64,000 bases of DNA from Azolla caroliniana (Eukaryota; Plantae; Polypodiophyta). Both the position numbers and the translations under genes were made by a program. The notes beneath the pieces are model-generated. The model searched no databases. It was not told the DNA's origin and saw only the letters and a program-made list of their open reading frames with translations. Below are positions 27,361 through 40,500 of this stretch, in pieces (position 1 is the stretch's first letter; each line of letters begins with the position of its first letter). The stretch lies in the NCBI GenBank assembly GCA_043228905.1, contig JBHGNT010000004.1, positions 11,718,001 through 11,782,000 of the forward strand, given 5' to 3'.

Positions 27361-28237
27361 ATTTTGTCTAGCAGGTTTTGTACAAGATATTCCATATAGC
27401 ATTCAAATGCTGGGTTTTCTACCAAATCTAAGATTATTTTCAAAACCTCTCCATGTTTGTACCAATTTGCAAGATCTATAAACTAGAACAGAAGTATTTT
27501 ATCCCACAACGTAGGACATATACAAGAGTAAATAATGTCATTAAGACTTGGTAACATTTTCAGTGATACAAAAAATGCTGTGGAATGAACATTGTACTCT
27601 ATTTAACTTTATTGTGTTGATTGAATAACCAAAATTGCAGGGATATTTTATTTATGTTTCCATGTAATTTCCAAGTTGAGTTAAAATTAGTAAAGAAAAC
27701 ATTTGGAAAAAACTATGGCACGAAAAAAGCAGGACAGGTCTAAAAGAGATAATTTTGCAGGAACAGCATTTCAACAAGGGTTATGTGCTGAAATTTGGTT
27801 GTCTGGCATGTATCAGAGTCTAGTATATTTCGCTTACATGCATGTTGTACAGAAGGACTCCTTTGTTAATTGAACATATTATCAGTGATATAAAAGAAGT
27901 TCATAGAAGAGAGCATTTATGCCAACTACATTATTTTAGCTTGAGTCAAAGCTATGTATCCTTTTCGTATCTCTAGTAGTCATAGTAGCACAAAACAGCC
28001 AGGGGAACAAAAATGGTGAAATGATGTTTGGGAGTAGTCTTTTGTGAGGCAGTACTGCCCTTGGAAAACATTGTTAAGTTAAAAAAGTAGATTTTTAACG
28101 ATGTGCTATGTATATATTATTTAATTGTTTTCCTTGTCTCTGATCTCAAATATTTCTAAATGCTGTATACAACATTTTCATAAATGTCCCTGTTGCTCTA
28201 ATTTGTGTAAGCCGGAGAGAGAGATCATGGATTAACC

Positions 28238-31200
28238 ATGGCTACCTTGGAACAGGGAAGGCTCCCAGTATATGATGGATCAAGCAGGCATGGTTTAAAA
28301 TATAAAGACAAAGAACATGAATCTCAAATAGTTCCAATTCGGAAACACCTTGACGAAGCTTTGCCATCTCAACATTTGTGGGTGGGGAATGTCTCCTCTA
28401 ATGTAACAGAAATGACACTTGCTGAGCAATTCTCAAGGTTTGGGGACATTGAATCTCTCAGGCTTTACTCATCAAAAAATTATGCTTTTGTGACCCTAAA
28501 TACTGTAGAAGATGCAATGTATGCAAAAAAAGGACTTCATGGTACAGTATTGGGAGGGCTTGCAATCAGGATCGAGTTTGTAAAAGGAGTAAGCATCAAC
28601 TTTCAAGCATTGATTTCTCTTGAGGCAGTTTTTTCTGAATACAATGCTGTGTGTTTACTTTGGTGTTATTTCGTTTTCCAATCACTTTTGTTGTTTCCTA
28701 CAGCTAATAATGTGCGTCTATTTCTGTCATTGTTGTTAAGGCCTTCACCACTTGATATACTGCAGGATGGCAAATTCAACAACCAATATCAAGTGAATCA
28801 GGATAAACAGGCTCTGTTTCATGTTAGAAGTCCAAAAGATGATAAGACTATGATAAAAGAGAAAGGATTGGAAGATGGTAAAGCATCACAGATGAAAGAT
28901 GCACAAGCAAACATTAGCTTGGATACTGGAAGTAAGCCAACTCTGGACAAACCAAAAGGGAACAGAAGTGGAGATCCAAGTGAAGTGTTATGGATAGGCT
29001 TTCCCCTTCACCTTAGGATTGACGAGAGGAAGCTTCACAAACTTTTTGCACCCTTTGGGGGAGTTGAAAAAATTACCACTTTTCCAGGGCGAACATATGC
29101 ATTTGTGAGGTTCCAGAATGTGAAATCTGCTTCTCGGGCTAAAGATGCACTTCAGGGAAAACTTTTCGATGATCCTCGTGTAAGCATCAGTTTTGCAAAA
29201 AGTGAAGTGGGTCCAGTTGATCATAGTCAGGGATCAAGCAAAGTATTTTCAAGTTTGTCTACAGAAGTTGAAAATGTTGCAGTCAGACATACTCTTCCAG
29301 AATCTTCAACTGGGAAAGGGGAGGTGGGAATGAAAGAGTTTGCCCATCCTTCCACTGAGAAAAGGGACACTATCACATCAATACCAGAAACTGGAAATCC
29401 GTCAAGTTTGCGAAATAAATATATTGGACTTAACTCAAAGATGCCTGGTAGTCCCTACAGCAGCTCTAGGTCAGGGATTGTAATGAATGAAACAATGTTC
29501 TCTAGAGGTGGTCCTAAGAGCAAAGTGTATATAAGTGACGCTTCAAATAATGGATGGAGGTTAAACACCAATCTGGTAAACACAGAGATGTCGAAAAGAG
29601 ATAGCCAACAGATTAATAAAGTTACAGTTCATGAATGGTCTGAGGTACAGGTCTGCACTACTGAGCAAAAAAGGCACAGGGGTGGCAGTGATTATTCTGA
29701 TGGTGGACCAACTTCAAAACTTGGGTATACTGAACTTAAACGACAAAGGCTAGACAATAACCAACCTAGTCAGAAAGAGGTAGATGATATCGGTCTTTGG
29801 GAAGCAAATAATGGGATGCATTCCCTATGGGATAGTAAATGTACGCACGACGATGAATGTAACAATAGTCAGTTACATTGGGGATGTGCTGATGTACACA
29901 TGGCTATACTGCCTAAACACGAAGATGCAACAATAGCTTCAGGTTCTAAGGAGAATCATGAAGAGGTAGGCAACAGGGATTTACTACTGAAGATGCCATT
30001 CCCTCTCTCAAATCCAGACCAAAAGATGGTGTCTCTTGATGAGGAAAGACTTCCAGTGGCCCCCTTTCATCCATTATCCAAAGATATTCAGCCACCACCC
30101 AAAGAATTATTCCGATGGGAAGGTACCATTGCGAAGGGTGGTACAGTAGTTTGCCATTGTCGATGCTTCCCTGCGACAAAAGAGATTGATGTTAAATTGT
30201 AAGTATGCTTATTCTGTCATATTCTGCTCATTTGTTTGGGTGCTTACACTTCTTGACTATTGGTTGGCTCAACTGACTATGCAGCCCTGATATCTTGAAC
30301 TGTACTGCAAGAACAAGCCTGGATATGCTTGCTCAATACATCATGCAGGTTAAAAGCTTTGCAGTTGTCTTATTTATGCCGCAAGGAGTGACAGATGTAA
30401 AACCATACCAGGAACTGATGGCTTTCTTAGCTGACAAAAAGCGAGCAGCTGTGTGTAAGCTTTCAGATGAGCACACCCTATTTTTAGTCCCTCCATCTGA
30501 TTTTATAGAGGAATTTCTGAAAGTTCCTAAGAGTAACAATATTTTGGGAGTAGTGTTAGGACAGCAGCAGTTCCTCTCTGACGTCCCTCAGCCTTTGTCA
30601 AGTCAAACAGTGCTTTCACAGCATGATAAAACACTTGTACTGGATGATTTGAAAGAGTTAAGCTATCAGCAACTTAATCCCAACTCAACTTCCGAACATC
30701 CTTTCTTTAACATACCTTGCATTTCGGATCCCGATAAGAGTGTTGGTCTAAATAAGAACTTGATTGGCTCTCATTCTCATGGAAAATCAATCGATAACAG
30801 GGTTTTGTTTCATGGTCCTGTGTCAGATAGTAACAGGATGCCATATTCAATGCAGGGAAACCTCATTCTAGACAGTAACAGGATGGCATATAAGAATTGG
30901 GGAAACAGTCCCATGCAACAAGATCTACATGTTAGTGATAAGGTAAATTTTCCTCAAATTAAGATGCAATCGCACAAGGATATTTCAAACCATACATTGC
31001 AGTCTGAGACATTCATTTCCAGTGAGGAACAATCCCGACCTGATCTCAGCTACAGCCAAACGCGAGTCACTATCGATAGCCGAAATATATCAGTTTGTGC
31101 ACCTTTCCATAACCAGTCTTCTATGGTGGAATCTATAGTGCAACCTACGAAGGCTACCTCAACTCTGCAGCCAATATTGTCGTTGGCCCAATCGCAACAA

Positions 31201-31533
31201 TTCACCTATAATTCACAACTGCCTCCTTCACACAATCTTAGCTATGATGCCAATCAAGGGCCTTGGGAAGCATCATCTAACTATGGTTTGAAACCAGTGC
31301 CGCCAGCTGGCAATCTACAACTACCTGTGCCACCACCACCACCACCTTCATTATTTAGTGTACAACCTCCCTCCCTCCCTCTGGGTAGAGAAAAACAAAC
31401 TGAACAACAGATGCTCCAAATCGTTGAGAATCAGGAACAAACTGAATCGAATGAAGGTCAGAAAAAGTTTCAAGCAACTCTGGAGCTTGCTGCGGCATTA
31501 CTCCAGCAGTTACAAAAGCAAACAAAACTTTAG
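28238..31533 (+). CDS. FPA-like: Spen-family RNA-binding protein, FPA-like (2 RRM + SPOC); exons 28238-28588, 28766-30198, 30285-31533; ~1010 aa
   Basis: RRM1 HLWVGNV...NYAFV; RRM2 PSEVLWIGFP...FPGRTYAFVRF; SPOC WEGTIAKGGTVVCHCRCFP...NCTART.LDML...KRAAVCKL...LFLVPPSDF; C-terminal QATLELAAALLQQLQ; GT-AG introns 28589-28765 (phase 0) and 30199-30284 (phase 2) keep the frame. Confidence 0.92.
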
Positions 31534-33379
31534 ACTGTTGTCACGTCTTGATTTTGCGCTGGTTAGGCTTAGAGAAATTGGCCATGTCTCCAGGGCATGT
31601 GTACACAGCTTTCAGCATGTATAACATCGTTTAGAATTTGCGTTTGGTCATTTGTTTCTATGTTAACTAATGACATAAGCTCTAGAATACAGCCTTGATT
31701 TTAATGTTCACAAGCTTTCTCATCTCTGACCGTAACCACAACCAACCAATGTGGTAAAGTGACAACCTGCAGTTTGAACATGTTATATGCCATTACGAGT
31801 CTACAAATCAATGCTTCACACTGAGGACATTCCATATAATCAAGCATATGTGACATGGTGATCATAACCAGTGCATTTCTCAAAAACTACTTTGATCCAG
31901 TATCCACCTAGTACTGTTGACAATCAGAATTCAAAGTTTTGATAATATAAGCTTTTGAGCTTTGGTAGTGTCAAACTGCCAACAGTCTGAATCAACCTTC
32001 TTGGTCACAAATTTCAAGCAACACTATATATAACCTCTGGATATGATTAAAGCAAGAAAATGACAAAATCAGAATCTCAAATTCTCAATGGTTTTGATTA
32101 TCTAGCTACCTTGTATCTATGGTGTTGTTTTGGTGCGAAGCTTAGTGATTTGGTCTATTATGCAATATTTGTAGCAAAGAAATATTTTGCTTGATTACAC
32201 ATAAGCTTGGATATATGCTTTGGATAATTTTTTGGCAAAGACATAGCAATAGATATGAATGCATTGTTCAATTTGTGTGCTAACTATGAGGAAGCAAGAA
32301 TAGCTTATGAATAACACAACCAAATACATATAAAATGGGAGGGAATTCTTAGCCATGGAAAGGAGGAAGAAGAAGAATTGAATTTAGGAGTGAGACAAGA
32401 AGAGTCTTAGTAGGAGGATGTTCATGATAGAGGAAGGAGAACAAAGAGTGAATATTATGGATTAGGATGATATTAGTTATTTAGTATGTAGTTGTGTTTA
32501 GGATTTAAGGAGTTACTATTCTGATTATATTAGTAAATTTTAGTGTTCTCTTCTCCGTTCTTCTCTTCTCTTTTCTTTTCTCTATCACCCTTTATCACTC
32601 TGATGTGTATTTTTCTCTACATGTACAAACAACTCCACCGCTTCTTCCTCATCCTCCAGCAAGATGATTTAGAGCCCAAAGGATGAGACAAAGACGCGCA
32701 AGAGAAGAACTATTTTAGAATGGTGGGTGTCATGATGCAATGTGGCATGTCCAAAGGAAGAAAAGTGTGAAAAAGAAGTTTTAGAGGGGTCAAGATTATG
32801 GTTGAAACGATCATCAATAAAAAAGGGGGGGGAAGAACAATATTGAATTAACGACAAATTATAGCTCAAATAGTAAGAGCTAGACATTAGTAACAAAAGG
32901 GTTAAGTGTTAGTGAATGACTAGGGGAAAATAGTTGCATAGGTAATGTTTTAAGAAAGCATATGGTAAATATGAATGGTTAAAATACATTTTGTCAAAAC
33001 TAGAGGCCTATGGAAAGAAAAAGGCCAACTGCATATAAAAAGAGAGAATACTATTTTTCTTCCTTAAAAGGCCATTGTTGGGTTTGGGATTTGAATGCCC
33101 AAACTTCAACAAGAAGTTGAATCACGTTGGCGCATGGCAAGTCTGCAATGTCAAAGGAAACTATTTGCCTTGATCAAGCCCCGTGTTGACACTGGTTGTG
33201 TGTCTGGTCGATTGTGGTCGACTAGTATATGCTTATGTAGAAGCAAGTGTGGATCTTGTTGAGGAACAAGCAAGACATAGAGTAAGCGTGAGGATCAATG
33301 TAGCTCCTCTTGCCCTACGGAAAAGGGTTCGCCCATTGTAAAATCTTGTGTGAATTTGATTGGCACTCAAAGATCACAC

Positions 33380-33850
33380 AATATCTTCATCAAATCAATT
33401 TTTAAATGTTAAATGACATTTCCTTGTACATTCGAAACTATAAAACTAGCATGATATTTATTATCTTGTATGTCAATGACTTGGTCATTAGTGGAGAATA
33501 CATAATCGAACTTCAACGAGGTCAAGATGCTCCTCTCTTACAAGTTCGAGATGAAGGATTCAACGAAGCAGTTGAAGAACCAATACACAATTATTGTGAC
33601 AACCCCAATAGCATCTAGTTAGCATAGAATATGATCTTTCATGCTCGGACTATGCACATGAAGGTGCTCTACCATTACCTCGAAGGTGCATCATACCAAG
33701 AGACATCAACCTCCAACATATTGGTATTGATCTTCAGACAATCAGACAAGTGATATCTTTAATCAAGCTCTCGTAGCTAAAAGGCTTTAACAATTCTCAA
33801 CAACATTTGGTGTTTGATGCTTGACATGCCAAGCTTGATGGGATGTTGAA
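33380..33850 (+). mobile_element. Highly degenerate Copia RT/RNase H fragment
   Basis: ILYVNDL, YCDNPNSI and FHART motifs with frameshifts. Confidence 0.7.
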
Positions 33851-33911
33851 GAAGATGATGAAGGTGATGATGAGTCTAACAATCAACTAAATGACAAAGA
33901 CTCTCTCTCTA

Positions 33912-34360
33912 GAGTCGGTATAAATGGATCACCCCACTAGAACCACTCTCATCTAAAATATTGTACTATAAGGAACACTTCATGCACTTCTCTAAGTTAG
34001 GTTTTATTACGCGGCCAAAATAGATGTATTCTTACCACATGCACTAAGGGTTGCCATTGGACAACTTACAATATCATCTCACCAACTTGAGATTGAGAAT
34101 GGTCGTACTAATGGAGTCCCTAGGGAGGAAAGGATATGTAGGTTATGCCACATAGAGATAGAGAATGAGTACCACTTTGCATGCAAGTGTCCCACCTATG
34201 CCGAGATAAGGGCAAAATACCAAGACATACTTAGTTCCTCTCCTACCCTCCCCAAACTATTCGATACTCTATATATAAAGAATAAGTTACATCCTAGAGC
34301 TAAAACAACACAGAGAGAATAAGTTACAAAATGCTGAAAATAATGTTGCTAATGTTCATT
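33912..34360 (+). mobile_element. 3' fragment of a LINE with an RTEX-type C-terminal CCHC domain
   Basis: 34035-34240 translates to LRVAIGQLTISSHQLEIENGRTNGVPREERICRLCHIEIENEYHFACKCPTYAEIR. Confidence 0.75.
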
Positions 34361-34517
34361 AACATGTAAGAAAGGAAGTTTTTCAGGAACAGGGGGAGAC
34401 AACGAATGTCGACACACCTGCACCACTCAGCCTTTTCCTTGATGAAGCAGAAAACCAAACAAGAACCAAACGCCCTCGGATGTCGGGTTTCAAAGTGTTG
34501 GGAAATTGGTCTCTCCG

Positions 34518-37500
34518 TATTATAGATCTAAGTACTAAAGTAAGCTTAAGATAAGGATAAAGTAATGATAGATAGAAAGGAGAAAGAGAAAGAAGGGTGC
34601 CGATCAACCCGACCACCCTCGAGCAAAGGGATCGAGACGGACTCGAACCTCGATCGGCGTCCCATACCACCGCCGTGGCGTCGAGTCGTACTTGGTGCTG
34701 GCGCACTCGCTACAAGAGTTGACCCACCACACGAGCAAAGTCTCGATGTAGTCAAAAGATGATCAAATGAGGGTAGCTAGGCCTCTTATTTATAGCGATA
34801 CCCAAGGCCCCCAAGCAAGTTCACACTTGACCTAATGGGTTGTCTCAATCCCGAGGATTAAAAGTAATCCTCCCCTTCTTTACACTCTCATTTAACCCTC
34901 ACACTTATCCACGTGTATAGAATACTACGGTAAATTCTTACCACGGGATATTATATGGTCATGCCCGTAACATAATCCCCCTCTTTAAAACATTGCACTC
35001 TTGCAATGGAAAGTTAGGGAAGTTAGTTCTAAGAGTATTTTCGCGTTCCCATGTGGCATCTTTTATTGATTTATCCATCCATTTTATTTTAAATTCTCGG
35101 ATTTCTTTAGTACGTAATTTTTTTGTTTTAACATCGAGAATTCTTTCTGGTACATGTGGTTTAGAAGATAATTCTTCAGAAGTAACCAGAGTTTCAGTCG
35201 TAACTGTATTGTCGCCAGAACCTAGAAGTTCTTTTAGACGACTCACATGAAAGACTGGATGAATTCCGACACCATCGGGAAGAGCGAGACGATAGGCTGA
35301 TGACCCAATGCGTTTGAGGACTGTAAAAGGTCCACAAAACCGTGGGGCTAACTTAGCGCACTTACCCGTAGACAATGTCTTAGAATTGTGAGGTACACGT
35401 AAAAATACCTTCTGTCCAGGGTTGAATACACGAGGTTGCCTATGATGATCAGCATAAAAACGCGCTCTATCTTGAGCTGTTTTTATATTATCTCGTGCAA
35501 TATGCAACATATCTTGCATATCCCGAAGAAAGTTTTGCGTACTTCGCAACTCATCATGATGTATATTAACATCAATCGGGGCTCGTGGCTGAAAACCATA
35601 CATCAACATAAAAGGACTATATCCCGTCGACGTATGCTTGGAGCTGTTATAAGCAAACTCCAAAATTGGGAGATAACGTTCCCATTTTGTTGGTTTTGCA
35701 CCAACGTATGCTCGAAGCATGTCCTCAATAATTTGATTTACTCGTTCTGTCTGTCCATCGGATTGAGGATGATCCGTGGAGCTCATGCTCAACGTAGTTT
35801 CTAACTTCTTAAAGACTTGTGTCCAGAAGTCACTAGTAAACTTTGGATCTCGATCACTCACGATATCCATCGGTAACCCATAAAAACGAAACAATTCGTC
35901 CACGAATTGGTAAGCCAATTCAGGAGCTGTTACCGTGGTTTTAGTAGCAATAAATCTGGCCATTTTAGTTAGTCGATCAACGACAACCCAGATGGCATCA
36001 TGATCTTTTTGGGTGCGAGGAAGGCTAACAATAAAATCCATGGATATACTTTCCCACTTATTATTGGGAATGTCCAAGGGATGTAAAAGTCCTGCGGCTT
36101 TAAGTCGCTCGACTTTGTTAACCTGACACTGGTGACATTTAGTCACATAACTATGTATGTCAGGACGCATCTTAGGCCAATAAAATTGAGTGGAGATGAG
36201 AACGAGTGTACGATGTATTCCAGGGTGCCCTGCTGAGGGTGCATCATGGCATTCAAAAAGAATCCTCTTTTTGACCTCGGGTAAATCTGGAACACAAACC
36301 TTCCCATTACGGTAGAGCAAACCGTTAGCAATGTGGAAGTATTCCTTCAAGGATGTGGTGGTGTCTGTTCCAGACTCAACTCTTGCCTAGTATTTTGCGA
36401 AATAACTGTCATCAGGATACTTTCCTCGAAGGTGATCATAAAGATCTGATGATATTTCAGTGAAGGTAAGCGTGTTAACTTCACGGATGCGACTTAGTGC
36501 ATCAGCGACAGTGTTCATGGAACCTTTACGATATTGTATGGAAAAATCAAAGTCCTGGATGAGATCAGCCCATCGTACCTTACGACCTTTCAGGTCTTGT
36601 TGGTCACAAAAATATTTCAAGGACTCATGGTCCGTAGTTACCACAAAGTGATTTCCATAAAGATAATGGCGCCATGTTTTGAGCGCATGTATAACTGCAA
36701 ATAATTCCTTTTCTTGAACGGTATACCGACATTGAGCAGAATCAAGTTTCTTACTCTCGAACGCTATTGGTTTACCATCTTGATATAAGACAACACCTAT
36801 AGCATAATTGCTTGCATCGGTTTCAACCTCAAAAGGTTTTGAAGGATTAGGTAAAAGAAGTGAAGGAGCCTTGCAAACCAGGTCCTTGAGTTCCTTAAAG
36901 GCGAGGTCTAGTGTACCATTCCACACAATAGGTTTTGTAGACTTATGCGTTTCACCTTTTAAAAGATCAGTAAACGGCGTCGTCAATTGGGAGTAATTAC
37001 GAAGAGACTTTCGCAAAAACCCGACAAAACCAAGGAATGATCGAACTTCTCGAATATTCCGAAGAGTGGGCCAAAGCTTGATTTTCTCAATGCGAGAAGG
37101 ATCAATTTCAACTCCTCGTTCGGTTATGAGATGTCCTAGATAAGTGATTGATTTCTTGAAGAACTCACATTTTGAGATCTTCGCATAAAACTGTTTGTCA
37201 CGCAATGTTTGTAAAACAAAGCGGACATGTCTAGCATGTTCTTGTAATGTACGGCTATAAACTAAAATATCATCCAAGAAAATAACGACAAATTTTCCAA
37301 GTTGTTCTCGGAAAATGTCATTCATTTCTTGTTGAAAAGTAGCCGGAGCATTGGTCAAACCAAAAGGCATAACCAAAAACTCGTAATGGCCATAGCGCGT
37401 ACGAAATGCCGTTTTAGGAACATCGTCCTCACTTATTCGTATTTGATGGTAGCTAGTACGGAGATCAAGTTTTGTAAAATACCGAGCTCCTTGGAGACGG

Positions 37501-40500
37501 TCAATTAGATCGTCAGCCCGGGGCAATGGGTACGAATTCTTGATCGTCACTTTATTCAAGCGTCGGTAATTAATACACATACGCCATCTGCCCTCTTTCT
37601 TTTTAACCAAGAGAACTGGTGCACCCCATGGAGATTTACTATAACGTATATAACCCATTCATAAAAAGTCCTTGAGTTGCTTAGATACCTCATCTTCTTC
37701 GGATCAACTTAAGCGATACGGAGGTATACTTATTGGTGCAACACCAGGTACAATATCTATACGATGGTCTATATTACGTTTAGGAGGTAACCCATTAGGT
37801 AGTTAACTTGGAAAAACATCATGAAAATCATTTAAGATTTCATCAAGTTGTTGTTGTTCAAAATATGTTAATTGAACTGGGACATTATCGATATTGTAAA
37901 CGTGAATGTCCGGATCAAGTACACAATAAAATAACGTAGAGCAAGACAACTCGGATATTGATGGACACGAGGAAACAATCGAGAGGGATTGTTTTTTTAC
38001 ACATTGAATAAATTGCGTACAATCGTTCAGTACAAAAGAAATGGAATGGCGAACCCAATCAATAAATAAAGAAGAGTTTTTATTATAAAACCAGGGATAA
38101 CCTAGTATTACATCGGTGGTACAAAGATTCATTACATGGAAGTCTACTTCCTCTATATAAGTATCAATAGAAATTCCTAATGAATGAATCGCCCCGTTGA
38201 TGTATTGTACTCTTCCATCAACCAAGTGCACCGTGTAGGTGTGATAACTTACGGTGGGTTGGATTCCCCATATCTGAACCAAACGATCATTCACAAAATT
38301 GTGTGAGCTTCCCGAATCAAATAAAAATTGTACGGGAGATCCATTGATATACCCGTTTGCACGTAGTAAATCATTGGGACCCAATACATAGTGAGGGAAA
38401 GAACATTGACAATTACTTAAATGATGTGTATAGACCTGAAGGAGATTAGGAATCTGACCTTTATGGTCTACAACTTTAGCTTTGTTGTCGTGCTCTTTCC
38501 GTTGGAGCTTTTGACATTGATCTTTTGTATGACCCTTCTTTTTGCAGAATACACAAAAAGGATGTTGTCGCTTACAATCGCGATCCAGGAATTCGTTGGG
38601 TGTCTTGCGTTTCCCAACAAATTGTGACTGCTTAGTCCCGGGCGCTTCGTTGGGTTTGTTATGGTCCTTCTTCGAAGTGCGTTGATAGCGAAGAACTATT
38701 TCAACGGCCTCTTCGAAGGATTTTGGATCCTTATCGTACACTATCCAATGATAGTCCGAATTGGGGATGCCATTGACAAAACAAGCTATCAACCAATTGT
38801 CCCCTTCTAGACCCGATTTTTGGATTTGGGTTCTAGCATGGTGAACATAGTCTTCTAGCGAGGAAAATTTCCTGCTAGAGAGGTTCATTAAAGCTTGTGC
38901 TGCCTCGGTTCGAGAGGGAGGTTGCAGAAATTGGCCCTTAAAAACCGTGACAAAATCTGTCCAGGTATCGGGCAATTTCCCCATAGTACGGAGCCCACGC
39001 CACCAGGCGGCGGCCTTACCCCCGAGTTCTCGGCCGACATATGCAATCTTCGTATTATCTGGCGTGGGATAGAGCTCAAAATGAGACTCCCATTGTCCCA
39101 GCCATGTGCAGATTGCTTCTTCGGTTCTTTCCTTTTTGTCTCCCGTAAATGGCTTAACGACAAATGATGGTTCACCTTGTCGCTCATCAGGTCTATTAGT
39201 CTCACGTTGTAGACTAATGACACGTGCCTCAAGAGCACTCTGAGATTGCCGAAGTTCGGTCATCTGTTGAGTAGTGAAACTAAGGTATTGGGTTATTTGT
39301 GCCAAATACATCTCAGTGGACATTTGTCCAGGAGCATTCCCTTGAGTTCCTTCCGCTTGAGCGGATGACATGGGGTCGTTAATTTGAGCCATTAAAGATT
39401 ATTTCTGGAAAAGAAATAGGACAAGGTTAGAGATATAGTCATAACATCATGTCGTGATGTAAACATATCATGGGCGAGCATTAATCGATATCATTATCTC
39501 ACGTCAATACCCCTCTAGATGTATGAGATGAGGTTCAAGATCAGGTTACTATGGTAACACAAAGGTGTTTTAAAAACCATGGGGGTGACAAATAAATGTC
39601 TTTCCCTGATCTCTATATCGATTTTTTCATGGTGGCTCCCCGAGGCTCAACCATGTATGTTCGCGTCATGAATTGTTTATACACGAAAAAAATGTTAATA
39701 ATAAACTATGTTTCGGTGCCCACATATGTGGTTTCGGCTCTTTAAGTCCTATTACGAGGACCCCGAGGTGCACTTAGACCTTAAGTCTAAACATGTGTTA
39801 TAGTCATATGTATCAAGGATGTTGTATGGTCTTGGTCATATTTGAACTCGAGACCTCGAGAACAAATACATTAAACACTTGAGCCAACCAAGTAAGTTGC
39901 TCTTCTCGAATGCTTAATGTTTGATGCGTATAAGAGATATGCGAGGCAATTGATCATATATGTTTTTTTTTAAAAGAACATATATGTCAAGGGTCCTTAT
40001 TTCGTCCTCATTTACCAAAACTATGTTGGTACGTTACCTAACCTCAAGTCTCGTAATTACGATGGCATACGTCAAAGTGCAACCTAATGGTGAAGCCAAA
40101 TGAGCCCTTGTTTCGTAGTAGGCTCACGTGGGCCATCACATGGTCACGTCATTACGAATGCCTCTCGTAAAAACGAGCTCATGGTGGCATCGTATCCATG
40201 TAACGAGGGAGGGATGTTGGATACGTGCGTCATTGGAGCGACCTCACTTGAAGTGGGTCAAGCCCTACGTACTCAACATCAATTTGGCTATTGGCGTTTC
40301 TTTACGTAACGAAATCGAGGTCGTCAACGGGGTTATCAACAATAAAAAAATGTTGAAAAAGGGATGGTGACAACGCCATTCTCACAAAAATGTGAGGACG
40401 GCCACCAACATCCTTTTCCCGACAAGGACAACTTTCGATATAATCACGTAATAACGAATATACACATATGTTTACTTATCACATATATACGATCAAATAC

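Noticed and set aside
28238-30202. 654-aa and 412-aa ORFs as two separate genes
   Set aside because: The SPOC domain is split by an 86-nt GT-AG intron; they form one gene
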